Shown here in pieces: positions 55,400-64,000 of a stretch of DNA of 64,000 nt. The translations under genes were made by a program, and so were the position numbers. The DNA is from a virus. The stretch covers positions 1-64,000 of IMG/VR virus record IMGVR_UViG_3300050821_015552; one strand, given 5' to 3'. A model generated the notes under the pieces. The model saw only the letters and a program-made list of their open reading frames with translations, had not been told where the DNA came from and did no database searches. Numbering within the stretch: position 1 is the stretch's first letter; each line of letters starts with the position of its first letter.

Positions 55400-55999
55400 A
55401 TGGGCGCCTACGTCGTCGATCCGTACATCCAATGGCTGCTCATGAAGAGTCCCGCGCTGGCCTACGGCGTGGTGCTCTACGGACCGCTGGTCCCGTACCC
55501 GTTCACGATCACGGCCGCCTTCACGGCCGCCGGCAGCCCGTCGCCGATCCTGAACCAAGTGAGCGGCGACGATCCTCTCGACCGGGACATCCTCATCCCG
55601 GCCATCGACGTCGACATCCAGACCAAGGACTTCAACACGGCGAGCATCTTCAAGCCGGAAGCGGACCTGGCCTACGATGAGACGTCGGGCCTGCAGGTGA
55701 CGATCACCCAGCGCGGCGCCTTCGGCAAGCAGTACGACCAGATCCCGCTCAAGGCCGTTCCCAAGACGGTCTCGCGCCTCGATCCGATGTGTCTGCTCGA
55801 GGAGCAGAAGCTCCTGATGTCGTTCTTCGTCACGACGCCCCTGCCGAGCGACAGCACGGTGGTCACCGTGACGATGCTGGGCCTCACGTCCCAGAAGGAC
55901 GCCGTCTTCCGGATGGACACCAACGTCATTTTCGACAAGCTCGAGGCGCTCGGCTATTGGGTCGACCAGGCTCGGTGCTTCTGGCTGAGCGCGAACTAG
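55400..55999 (+). CDS. Beta-rich putative structural protein
   Basis: SD GGAG; alternating hydrophobic pattern. Confidence 0.7.
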   Translation: MGAYVVDPYIQWLLMKSPALAYGVVLYGPLVPYPFTITAAFTAAGSPSPILNQVSGDDPLDRDILIPAIDVDIQTKDFNTASIFKPEADLAYDETSGLQVTITQRGAFGKQYDQIPLKAVPKTVSRLDPMCLLEEQKLLMSFFVTTPLPSDSTVVTVTMLGLTSQKDAVFRMDTNVIFDKLEALGYWVDQARCFWLSAN

Positions 56000-56006
56000 G
56001 AGCGCT

Positions 56007-56942
56007 ATGGGCGCCGCCCTCGCCGAGCATCGAACCCGCCAGCGAGTCTCCTCGCGCGGCTTCGATCCGCTCCTGGGCGGCATCGGCCTGCTGGGCAACC
56101 CGAGCGCCGATCTGCTCGCCGCCGGCCTGCGCGTGCCGTACCAGTACACCGGAGCCTTCCGGTCGACGGTGCCCGGCGGGGGCCTCGTGCAGCGCTACCT
56201 TTTTCAGCTCTGCTCCATCGGCATCGGCTCGGGGCTGTGGTTGACCGATCTCGGGCAAATGTCGGTGCTGGGCAGCGAGCAGATGTCTGGCACGACGGGC
56301 GGCGACGCGCCCTCGCCGACCAACCCCATCTTCCCCAACGTCATCGAGCAGACCTCGGCGGCCTTCCGCTTTGCCGACTGCCATCCCATTCGCTGGGGCG
56401 TACGCCGGGTGCACAAGCCTCGCGCCCTGCTCAGTGGTCAGGATCCGCTGTCCACGAGCAGCTTCTCCCGCGGCTGGACCGACAACTCGGGCCTGATCTT
56501 CGAGACAGCGGCGTTTCCGAAGGCCAACCTCGACTGGAAGGGCACGCCGGACAACTATCTCACCCTGGCTGGCTACACCGCCCCCGGCGGGGGCGGGATC
56601 TTCCCGGGTGAGCCGGTCGGCGGGGAGCTCGGGTGCTTCGACTCGCTCGACTTCCGCCAGAACGATCCGAATCGGCGCGCCTTCGAGCCTGTGTGGGTCA
56701 AGCCCGGCGGGCAGCTGGTCTTCTACGCGCTCGTGGACCAGACCAACCCGTCCAGCCGCGCGGTCATCCAGGTGCTCGCGCAGTTCCCGCTGCCGACGAC
56801 AGGCATGCCCGAGAACGCGTTCATCGGCGACTGGCCCGCGACCATCCAGTTCGCCGTCGGCGGCAGCATGACCGTCGAGATGCGCGAATCGGATGGCGGA
56901 CCCATCCCCCGCAGGCGCTACTTCACGGGGGCGCCGTCATGA
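56007..56942 (+). CDS. Putative structural protein
   Basis: SD AGGAG; G/P-rich beta pattern. Confidence 0.7.
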   Translation: MGAALAEHRTRQRVSSRGFDPLLGGIGLLGNPSADLLAAGLRVPYQYTGAFRSTVPGGGLVQRYLFQLCSIGIGSGLWLTDLGQMSVLGSEQMSGTTGGDAPSPTNPIFPNVIEQTSAAFRFADCHPIRWGVRRVHKPRALLSGQDPLSTSSFSRGWTDNSGLIFETAAFPKANLDWKGTPDNYLTLAGYTAPGGGGIFPGEPVGGELGCFDSLDFRQNDPNRRAFEPVWVKPGGQLVFYALVDQTNPSSRAVIQVLAQFPLPTTGMPENAFIGDWPATIQFAVGGSMTVEMRESDGGPIPRRRYFTGAPS

Positions 56943-57262
56943 GCTTCTCCACCGTCACCTGCGCCTACACGATCAACGCGTCCGGACAGATGACGCCCGC
57001 GCAGCTCGCGGCGTCCATGGCTGCGGCCGACATCCCCATCCCCGTGGAGTTCCTCGAGCTGACGGGCGCCACGGTCACCAGCGACACGACGGCCGCGGGC
57101 GCGACCTCGGCGGCGCGCACGGTCGTCTTCAACATCACCGCGGCGCAGTTCCAGTCGCAGTTCCCCGACGATCCGCTCGGGCCGTTCTGGGGGCTTCTGA
57201 CGCTGCCCATCGCGGAGTACGTCAACGCGCCCGTGCTCGAAGCCTTGCCGGTGGCGGCCTGA
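56939..57262 (+). CDS. Small putative structural protein
   Basis: ATGA coupling. Confidence 0.7.
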   Translation: MSFSTVTCAYTINASGQMTPAQLAASMAAADIPIPVEFLELTGATVTSDTTAAGATSAARTVVFNITAAQFQSQFPDDPLGPFWGLLTLPIAEYVNAPVLEALPVAA

Positions 57263-57264
57263 TC

Positions 57265-57849
57265 ATGGACAAGTCGACCAAGGTTGTAATCGGTATCGGT
57301 GGGGGCGTCGTGGCCGCCGTCGTCGTGGCTGCGATCTTCGAGCACTACGCGCACGCTTCGCCGTCACCCCCCGCCCCCGGCACGCTCCTCTGCCCGGACG
57401 GCACTCCCGCGCCCGGCGGCGTCATCACCAACTGCCCTCCGCCGGCCCCCGGCCAGAACCCCTACTCGCCGCCGGGCGGCTGGGTGTACTCGGGCAACCC
57501 CACGACCGACTACCTGCCGAGCGCTCACCTGCTCCTGCAGGTGGACCCCTGCGCCTGCTCGAGCGTGGGTCTGGTGCGTCGCTTCCAGGCCGCTGCGGGC
57601 CTGGTGCAGTCCGGGCAGTCCGACGGCCGCTACGGACCCGACGTCGCCGAAGCGTTGGCGAACGCGATCCAGGACATGGCGTCGCAGGGCTACAACGTCA
57701 GCGGCCTGTCCGCCCCGGTGGCGTGCGAGACGAGCAACGCGCCGCGCCCCTCCTGGTGGGGCCCCACGAACACGGCGTGGCCGGCGAGCGGCCCCAACCC
57801 CTACGAGAATCCCAACTGCCCCGGCGATCCAGGGCCGACGTACGCGTGA
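57265..57849 (+). CDS. Membrane-anchored peptidoglycan-binding protein
   Basis: N-terminal TM; VRRFQAAAGL...DGRYGPDVAEAL (PG_binding_1 pattern). Confidence 0.7.
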   Translation: MDKSTKVVIGIGGGVVAAVVVAAIFEHYAHASPSPPAPGTLLCPDGTPAPGGVITNCPPPAPGQNPYSPPGGWVYSGNPTTDYLPSAHLLLQVDPCACSSVGLVRRFQAAAGLVQSGQSDGRYGPDVAEALANAIQDMASQGYNVSGLSAPVACETSNAPRPSWWGPTNTAWPASGPNPYENPNCPGDPGPTYA

Positions 57850-57859
57850 GGAGACGACG

Positions 57860-58222
57860 ATGAACTGGACAGCACTCTCAGGTGGACTCGTCGGCGCCCT
57901 CGCAGGCGCCCTGGCTGGCGGTGGCATCGCCTACGCAGCGACCGACGAGGGCAAGCACGCGACGCCCACGCTGGTCGCTGGCGCGCTCGGTGGCGCGGTG
58001 GTGGGCCTCGGCGGAGCGATGCTCGGCAAGAAGGCCAAGTACAACCGTTGGAACGCGGCCAACCAGGCGTGCCCCGCGGGCCAGGTCGCCGACTACGGGA
58101 CGCTGCAGTGCGTGGCTGCGTGCCCGGACGACAGCATCCCCACCAACGGCGCGTGCACGGGCCTGGTCCCGAGTTCGAGCCTGTTCGGCGCGGGCGGGGC
58201 GCCCGAGCGGCTGGCGGGGTGA
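57860..58222 (+). CDS. Glycine-zipper membrane protein with Cys-rich tail
   Basis: Two TMs; four Cys; LFGAG near the C-terminus. Confidence 0.7.
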   Translation: MNWTALSGGLVGALAGALAGGGIAYAATDEGKHATPTLVAGALGGAVVGLGGAMLGKKAKYNRWNAANQACPAGQVADYGTLQCVAACPDDSIPTNGACTGLVPSSSLFGAGGAPERLAG

Positions 58223-58234
58223 TAGAAGGAAGCC

Positions 58235-58786
58235 ATGGAAACCGAAGACAAGAGCGAGCCGCAGGAGCAGCGGCAGGTCGGTGCTGGCGCAACGCTTCCG
58301 GGCACCGCCGAGGCGCAGGCGCTGGTGGCGGCCTACCCGGCCGGCGGCTGCACCAACCCGCTGACGGGCGGGGCGTTCTACGACACCGTCAAGGCCTTCA
58401 AGGTCGCCTACAACATCGGCATCAACCTGGGCGACACCTCGGGGCCCAACGGCGACGGTCCCTCGACGACGGCCGGCTACCTGCAGCACAACGGCGACTA
58501 CGACCAGGCGACGGCGGACGCAGTCACTGCGGCCCTGGGGTCGGCGCCGGCACCGTGCGCGGCGAGCGGCGGAGGGGGCGGCGGCAATGTGACGCCTCCG
58601 GCCAACAACAACGTGCCGGCGACCACGGGCGGAATGAGCGGGTGGGTGAAGGCGATCCTATGGGTGATCGCTCTCGCGGGTGCCGTCGGCCTGGGCCTCT
58701 GGCTCTGGAAGACGTTCGGCAGCTCGAGGCCGATGGCGGCGGAGAGCAAGAAGAAGCGCGGCAAGAGGACAGGTAGAAAGCGTTAA
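58235..58786 (+). CDS. Protein with PG-binding-like domain, C-terminal TM and basic tail
   Basis: VKAFKVAYN...GDYDQATADAV; QVGAG near the N-terminus. Confidence 0.7.
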   Translation: METEDKSEPQEQRQVGAGATLPGTAEAQALVAAYPAGGCTNPLTGGAFYDTVKAFKVAYNIGINLGDTSGPNGDGPSTTAGYLQHNGDYDQATADAVTAALGSAPAPCAASGGGGGGNVTPPANNNVPATTGGMSGWVKAILWVIALAGAVGLGLWLWKTFGSSRPMAAESKKKRGKRTGRKR

Positions 58787-58810
58787 TGCGTTTGTGGTAG
58801 GGTCGTTCGC

Positions 58811-60703
58811 GTGGACGACTACCAGAACGGGCTGCCACGTCAGCGCAGGGGCCCAGGCCCCCAGCAGCGCGCACAGCGTGTCCAGCAGCGCAAGGAGTTC
58901 GAAGCGTCGCGCCCAGGCCCGCCCACGCCGCACATCGCCCGCTTGACGGCGATGATCCATGAGCTCGAGGTCCCAGAGGACGTCAAGCTCGTGGCCGGCG
59001 CCCACGCCTTCAACCCCTCGGTGTGCGTCTTCAAGGGCGAGTTGCGGGTGGCGATCCGCCTCTGGGCTCGCGACGTGCCACACTACGCGATCGGTCGCAT
59101 CGACGAGCAATGGCGCCTGGTGGGGGCCCGAACGATGCACGGCGGGCAGTTCGAAGACCTGCGACTGTTCGATCTCGGTGGCAAGCTCGGCGCAACCGCC
59201 ACGGTGGTGGAGCCGCAGTCGACGCGGGTAGCCGTCTTGGAGCTCAACGACCACGGCGACGTCGTCTCGTCGCGCGCGCAGCCGTCGAGCCATGCCGAGA
59301 AGAACTGGATGCCGGCGGTGACCGGGGAGGACCACCTGCGGATCGTCTACAGGACGCAGCCGCCTGTCATCATGGACTACGCCGACGGAAAGGTGTGGCC
59401 CAGCCCACCGGACACGGCCGACTACCAACTCCACGGCGCGATGCGGGGCGGCAGTCAACTCCTGCCGTTCGAGGACGGATGGATCGCGGTCGTTCACGAG
59501 CGCCTGGAGGGCAGCCTCTACGCCCATCGCTTCGTGCGCTTCTCGCAGGATCTGTCGCGCGTGTCGGCCGGTCCCCAGTTTGTCTTCGAGCACGTCGGGA
59601 TCGAGTTCGCCTGCGGCCTGGCCCAGTGGCGTGGGCGATGGATCGTCTCGTTCGGCTCCGAGGACCGGCGCGCACGGATTGCCGTGCTGACGAGCGACGA
59701 GCTCGCAGCCTGGCTACCCGGTAAGCCGTCCACTGCCCTGGCGAAGGGTCGGCGCGTACTGGTCTGCCACAGCTCGCTCGAGCGGTGCGGCGTGCGCGAG
59801 TACGGCCGGCAGCTCGACGCGTCCCTCGTCAAGGCGGGAACCAACCTCTTGCCGTTCACCTACGGCAACGTCCAGGCGATACCCCAGGTCTGCTCAGCCG
59901 GCGACACCCTGCTCGTCCACTACGAGCCGCAACTGTTGCCGCCCGATTTCCTCCATACGCTGGGCGAAATCAAGAAGCGCGGTACCCGCATCGTTCTGTG
60001 CTGCCACTGGTACTCGGAAGGCGCCTTGCGCGATCTGCGTCCCCTGGTGGACGAGGTTGTGGTGCACCGCAGCTACCCCGACGCGGGCCGCGCGACCGTG
60101 ATCCCGCTGGGCTGCCCCGTATACGAGCCGGGAGACCGGGAGGCACTCCGCAGGCGCCTGGGCCTGTCAGGTGTGGTCGTCACGACGATAGGTCTCTTGG
60201 CAGGGTGGAAGCGCATCCCCGAGACGGTGGCGGCCATCGCGCGTCAGGCGCCTGCAGGAGTGACGATCGTAGTGCAGACGCCCCCACCGTCACCGAACTC
60301 GGGCGAAGAGGACCGCTTGCGGTCGGCCATCGCTCCGTTCGGTGACAAGGCCCGCCTGTCCACGCGCTTCCTGCCCGAGACCGATCTACTGGATCTGGTG
60401 CACGCCTCGGACGTGGGCTTCGTGTTTCACGGCGTCCACACCCAGAGCGTTTCGGCCGCGACCAAACAGTTCGTCTCGGCGAGAACGCCGCTGGTCACCA
60501 CCAGCTCCACGCACTCCTCCGATCTGAACGGCGTCCACCGCGTCGACTCGTTCGATCCAGATGTCTTCGCCCGCGAGGTACTCCGGGTGGCCGCAGACGC
60601 GCCACTGTGCGAACGAATGCGAGGGGAAATGGCCGCCGAGTACACGCGACTGAACATGGACGCGGTTGCGGCCCACTACATGGGGGTGCTGTGGTGCAAG
60701 TGA
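58811..60703 (+). CDS. Fusion of a glycosidase/phosphorylase-like beta-propeller and a GT-B glycosyltransferase
   Basis: FNPS, EDLRLF, EKNWMP, RGGSQ, GIEFACGL; C-terminal CGVREYG, IPLG, GWKRIPE. Confidence 0.75.
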   Translation: MDDYQNGLPRQRRGPGPQQRAQRVQQRKEFEASRPGPPTPHIARLTAMIHELEVPEDVKLVAGAHAFNPSVCVFKGELRVAIRLWARDVPHYAIGRIDEQWRLVGARTMHGGQFEDLRLFDLGGKLGATATVVEPQSTRVAVLELNDHGDVVSSRAQPSSHAEKNWMPAVTGEDHLRIVYRTQPPVIMDYADGKVWPSPPDTADYQLHGAMRGGSQLLPFEDGWIAVVHERLEGSLYAHRFVRFSQDLSRVSAGPQFVFEHVGIEFACGLAQWRGRWIVSFGSEDRRARIAVLTSDELAAWLPGKPSTALAKGRRVLVCHSSLERCGVREYGRQLDASLVKAGTNLLPFTYGNVQAIPQVCSAGDTLLVHYEPQLLPPDFLHTLGEIKKRGTRIVLCCHWYSEGALRDLRPLVDEVVVHRSYPDAGRATVIPLGCPVYEPGDREALRRRLGLSGVVVTTIGLLAGWKRIPETVAAIARQAPAGVTIVVQTPPPSPNSGEEDRLRSAIAPFGDKARLSTRFLPETDLLDLVHASDVGFVFHGVHTQSVSAATKQFVSARTPLVTTSSTHSSDLNGVHRVDSFDPDVFAREVLRVAADAPLCERMRGEMAAEYTRLNMDAVAAHYMGVLWCK

Positions 60704-61512
60704 CCATCGGCATTCCGACCCTCAACGGCCCCGACAGGCTCTTTCGCTGCCTGCGTTCGATCGGTCAGCACACCTCGTGGGGCTCATGCGGCGACGTCAA
60801 GGTGCTCGTCGTCGATGACGGCTCGACTGAAGAGCTGCTCAAGACGAACAAGGACATGGTGCACATCGCCAGCGGCCTGTACCCGCAGATGGGCCTCGAG
60901 ATGCTCATGCACAACGAGCGGCGCGGCATCGCAAGAGGGTGGAACGCGCTCACGCGTCACCGCGGCAGCGAGGTCGTGGCGCTCATGAACGACGACATCG
61001 AAGTGGTCGACGACTGGCTCGATGTGCTCGTCTATTCCGTCACGAAGAACGGGCATGCCGGCATGGTGGGGCTCAACTCGTACGTCGGCGTGACCAAGGC
61101 CTCCGTGCCGTTCCCGCCACCGCGCGTCGACTACTGCGAGGGCAGGCTCCTGGGCGGCGGCAGCAACGGCCTGGTGTCGTCACAGGGCCCGCTCTTCGCG
61201 TTCCGGCGCGAAATGTTCGATCGCGTCGGCGGGTTCGACGAGCGCTACTTCTGCTTCTACGAGGAGGTCGACTTCGGGATCGCGCTCAGGCAGGCCGGCT
61301 TCCACCACTACATGGCCGACTACCCGCGCGTGTTCCACATGGGCGGAGCGACCAACTCGAAGCCCGAAAACCTGGACGCGGCCAAGCACATGGCCGAGAG
61401 CGCGGAGAAGTTCCGGCAGAAGTGGGGTGCGACGCTCGGCGATCTGCGGGCGGGATTTGGACCGTCGCCCGGGTGCGACGAGTGGAACACGCAGATCAAG
61501 AACTGGAGATGA
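60691..61512 (+). CDS. GT2 glycosyltransferase
   Basis: IGIPTLN, VVDDGS, MNDD, GGFDERY, EEVD. Confidence 0.88.
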   Translation: MVQVTIGIPTLNGPDRLFRCLRSIGQHTSWGSCGDVKVLVVDDGSTEELLKTNKDMVHIASGLYPQMGLEMLMHNERRGIARGWNALTRHRGSEVVALMNDDIEVVDDWLDVLVYSVTKNGHAGMVGLNSYVGVTKASVPFPPPRVDYCEGRLLGGGSNGLVSSQGPLFAFRREMFDRVGGFDERYFCFYEEVDFGIALRQAGFHHYMADYPRVFHMGGATNSKPENLDAAKHMAESAEKFRQKWGATLGDLRAGFGPSPGCDEWNTQIKNWR

Positions 61513-62231
61513 CGTCTGTGGAGTTTTCGATCTGCATCCCGACCTATCGGGGCGCCGCGCGCCTGGCGCGATTGTTCGAATCGCTGCCCAGAAATCTTGA
61601 CGCCGAGGTGCTCGTCTGGGACGACGGCTCGCCGCCACAAGACGCAAGCGCGATCGAGCGGGTCGTCCCGGCAAACGCTCAGGTACGCCACTCGCTCCGT
61701 AACCGAGGTGCCGTCGCTGCGCTCGAGGAGATGGCGAGCCTAGCGGCTGGCCGGTTCATCCTGCAGCTTGATGACGACGTGCGCTTGCCGCCCGGGTTCT
61801 TCGAGGCGGCCAGGCAACTGCTGGCACTGCCGAACATCGGCGTCCTGTCGTGGCGCAGCTGCGGCATCGACGAGGACCGGCCAGGCGTCGCCGGTTTGCT
61901 CGAGCCGGCGACGGAGCTGGCTGGCTACTGCATGGCCTATCCGACCGAGCTGCGCGACGCGATCGGCGGCATCGACACCCGCTACAAGATGTACTGCTCC
62001 GACAGCGACTTCACACTGCGGGCCATGATGTCGGGGCGGCCATGTTACCGCGTGGGCTGGCCGCTCGTACCGCACGAGGAGCACGGCGTCTACAAAGACC
62101 CCGACAACGAGGGCCTTCGCCGAACGCGTGACGAGGTAGCCCCGCTCGACATGAAGGCGTTTGTCGACAAGTGGGGTGCGGACGGTCAAGAGATGCAGCG
62201 GCGCGCCATCGCGCGTCTGATGGGGGCCTGA
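61509..62231 (+). CDS. GT2 glycosyltransferase
   Basis: SICIPTY, WDDGS, LDDD, GGID. Confidence 0.85.
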   Translation: MTSVEFSICIPTYRGAARLARLFESLPRNLDAEVLVWDDGSPPQDASAIERVVPANAQVRHSLRNRGAVAALEEMASLAAGRFILQLDDDVRLPPGFFEAARQLLALPNIGVLSWRSCGIDEDRPGVAGLLEPATELAGYCMAYPTELRDAIGGIDTRYKMYCSDSDFTLRAMMSGRPCYRVGWPLVPHEEHGVYKDPDNEGLRRTRDEVAPLDMKAFVDKWGADGQEMQRRAIARLMGA

Positions 62232-62232
62232 C

Positions 62233-63162
62233 ATGCCGCGGATCGTGATTGGTGTGCCGACGTACAACGGGGCCGAGCGCCTCGGCTGGCTGCTCAAGTC
62301 GATGGCGATGCGAACGCCCATGCTGGCGACCGGCGACGTGCGGATCGTCGTGGTCGACGACGGCTCGCCGATGGTCGGCGCAACCGTTTCGGCCTACCGC
62401 ATGTGGGAGGCGCAGCTACCCATCGATCTCGTCCAGCACGGCGGCAACCGTGGCATCTCGGCCGGGTGGAACACAGCGGCGCGGCACCACGACTGCGAGT
62501 ACGTGGTGCCCATCAACGACGACGTCATCGTGCCGAGCGGCGGATGGCTCGAGTCGCTCATTCACACGCTCGAGCATTCGCCGGGCGTCGGCGTGGTCGG
62601 CGCCAGCTGGCATGCGTTTACGCCCGAGGACGCGCCGGCCCTGCTCGCGGGGCCCGAGTCGGACAGGGACGTCATTCCGCGTGAGCCTCGCAACGAGCAC
62701 GGCCTGGTGCGCCAGAACGCGGCTCGCCGAACCCAGTACGAGGACGTGTGGCCTGGACGCGTCATGTGTCCGACCGGAGAGCTGTTCGCGTTCCGCAGGA
62801 AAGACTTCGACCGCATCGGCGGCTTCGATGAGAACTACAAGTCGTTCTACGAGGAGAGCGACTTCGGCACGAGCATGGCCGCTGCCGGCCTGATAGGCGT
62901 GCAGCTCACGTGGCCGTTTTGCTACCACCTGTGGAGCGCCACATTCGGGGCGAGCCCAGAGCTGCGCGCGGATGAGCGGATGACGGCGTCGCGCGCGTAC
63001 TACCGACGCAAGTGGGCCGTGCCCGACGGCGTCGCCGAGTTCGACTTCACCAACCCGAAGTTCTTCGGCGCCATCGGCGATGTGCCCGTCGAGTTTCTAC
63101 GCAAGTCGGGGCCGTGCAAGGGTGTGCTCCGGCAAGACGGCGCATTCGTCGAGGGGGTTTGA
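62233..63162 (+). CDS. GT2 glycosyltransferase
   Basis: IGVPTYN, VVDDGS, INDD, GGFDENY. Confidence 0.88.
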   Translation: MPRIVIGVPTYNGAERLGWLLKSMAMRTPMLATGDVRIVVVDDGSPMVGATVSAYRMWEAQLPIDLVQHGGNRGISAGWNTAARHHDCEYVVPINDDVIVPSGGWLESLIHTLEHSPGVGVVGASWHAFTPEDAPALLAGPESDRDVIPREPRNEHGLVRQNAARRTQYEDVWPGRVMCPTGELFAFRRKDFDRIGGFDENYKSFYEESDFGTSMAAAGLIGVQLTWPFCYHLWSATFGASPELRADERMTASRAYYRRKWAVPDGVAEFDFTNPKFFGAIGDVPVEFLRKSGPCKGVLRQDGAFVEGV

Positions 63163-63164
63163 CC

Positions 63165-63809
63165 ATGGACCATCCGTTTCACGCAGAGGCGCAGAAGTTC
63201 TTCCCGGACTTCGACTACAAGCGCCCGGCCGGAGATCGCAACGTCCTCTGCGACATGCGCAACCCAGGCAACATGGTGGGCCATCAGCAGCGGGCGTTCT
63301 CATGCTTCTGGGCCCTTCGCACATGCGGGCCTACCGATCTCGGGCTCGACCTGGGCAGCCCACGGGGTCTGACGCCCTACTGCGTCCACGTCGACATCTT
63401 CGGCGACGGGCGCGTGCACCCGTTCTACGGAGGCGGGGAGTACCGATCGGACGTCGTCTGGGACGCCGCCGACGTGTCGAAGGTCTTCCCAGACAAGACC
63501 TTTCCGTTCGTCGGCTCCAATCACTCGCTCGAGCACATGGCGGCGCCTGGAGATGGCGGGATCGTCGAGGTGCTCTGCGGATGGCTGCGGCTGCTGCGGC
63601 CCGGAGGGATCTTGGCGATGATCGTGCCGGACAACGCGCACTTCGACGTCATGGCCTCCGACAAGGACCACCGTCACGCCTGGAGTCACGACGACTTTCG
63701 GCCGCGGGTGCTCGACCATGTGCTCGCGCGCGGCGGCGTGGACCTGATCGAGTACGACACGCTCGACAACCACTTCAGCTTCGACGTCGTGCTGCGGAAG
63801 ACGTCGTGA
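63165..63809 (+). CDS. SAM-dependent methyltransferase (type 11-like)
   Basis: GLDLGS, SNHSLEH, RLLRPGG, IVPD. Confidence 0.85.
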   Translation: MDHPFHAEAQKFFPDFDYKRPAGDRNVLCDMRNPGNMVGHQQRAFSCFWALRTCGPTDLGLDLGSPRGLTPYCVHVDIFGDGRVHPFYGGGEYRSDVVWDAADVSKVFPDKTFPFVGSNHSLEHMAAPGDGGIVEVLCGWLRLLRPGGILAMIVPDNAHFDVMASDKDHRHAWSHDDFRPRVLDHVLARGGVDLIEYDTLDNHFSFDVVLRKTS

Positions 63810-64000
63810 GGGTCCTTTTCATCGATCACGTCGAGCCGGACTTCCTGGCCGCCGTGACCTACATGGGCCTCTGCCAGGAGCTCGGCGCTGAAAACGTCGT
63901 CGACTGGCCGTGGAAGCACTCCTATCACGGGCAGACCTACAAGGGTCCGATCCCCTACCCGCCACCCATGGATCGGGGATCGACGGCGCCATTTCCGTGG
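63806..64000 (+). CDS. Partial ORF, probably a further glycan-related enzyme
   Basis: GTGA coupling; MRVLFIDH...; runs off the window. Confidence 0.5.
   Translation, partial: MRVLFIDHVEPDFLAAVTYMGLCQELGAENVVDWPWKHSYHGQTYKGPIPYPPPMDRGSTAPFPW

Noticed and set aside
52404-56149. Long minus-strand ORFs (511 and 863 aa), and similar ones at 39281..41041 and 3952..5370
   Set aside because: Shadow ORFs of high-GC3 plus-strand genes, with no motifs or RBS.

Overview
The whole window reads as one large, high-GC virus or provirus; I see no host housekeeping genes. A myxobacterial host is a guess from protein style only. Left part (1-12.4 kb): two tyrosine recombinases, a tRNA with an ACG anticodon, structured non-coding leaders, and many small genes separated by recurrent motifs. 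Middle (12.7-28.5 kb): a replication block with Prim-Pol/VirE primase-helicase, a candidate origin, RusA, PD-(D/E)XK nuclease, SF2 helicase, SSB-like protein, a family A DNA polymerase split in two by an HNH gene, and a Dam methylase, followed by small genes that include an RNA polymerase alpha-CTD homolog. Right part (28.6-64 kb): a probable morphogenesis region with no recognisable terminase, portal, HK97 capsid or tail genes. It has about 20 membrane proteins, membrane-anchored M23 and lytic transglycosylase enzymes, a lipoprotein beta-helix spike flanked by 12-bp inverted repeats next to a third recombinase, a transglutaminase-like Cys protease, a K/R-rich membrane-anchored protein, a capsid-protein candidate and a glycosyltransferase cluster. 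Many of these proteins share a hydrophobic-G-A-G motif, often near the N-terminus. My best hypothesis is a tailless, membrane-containing virus that matures its virion proteins by cleavage at this motif. All calls come from reading motifs by eye; no searches were run.
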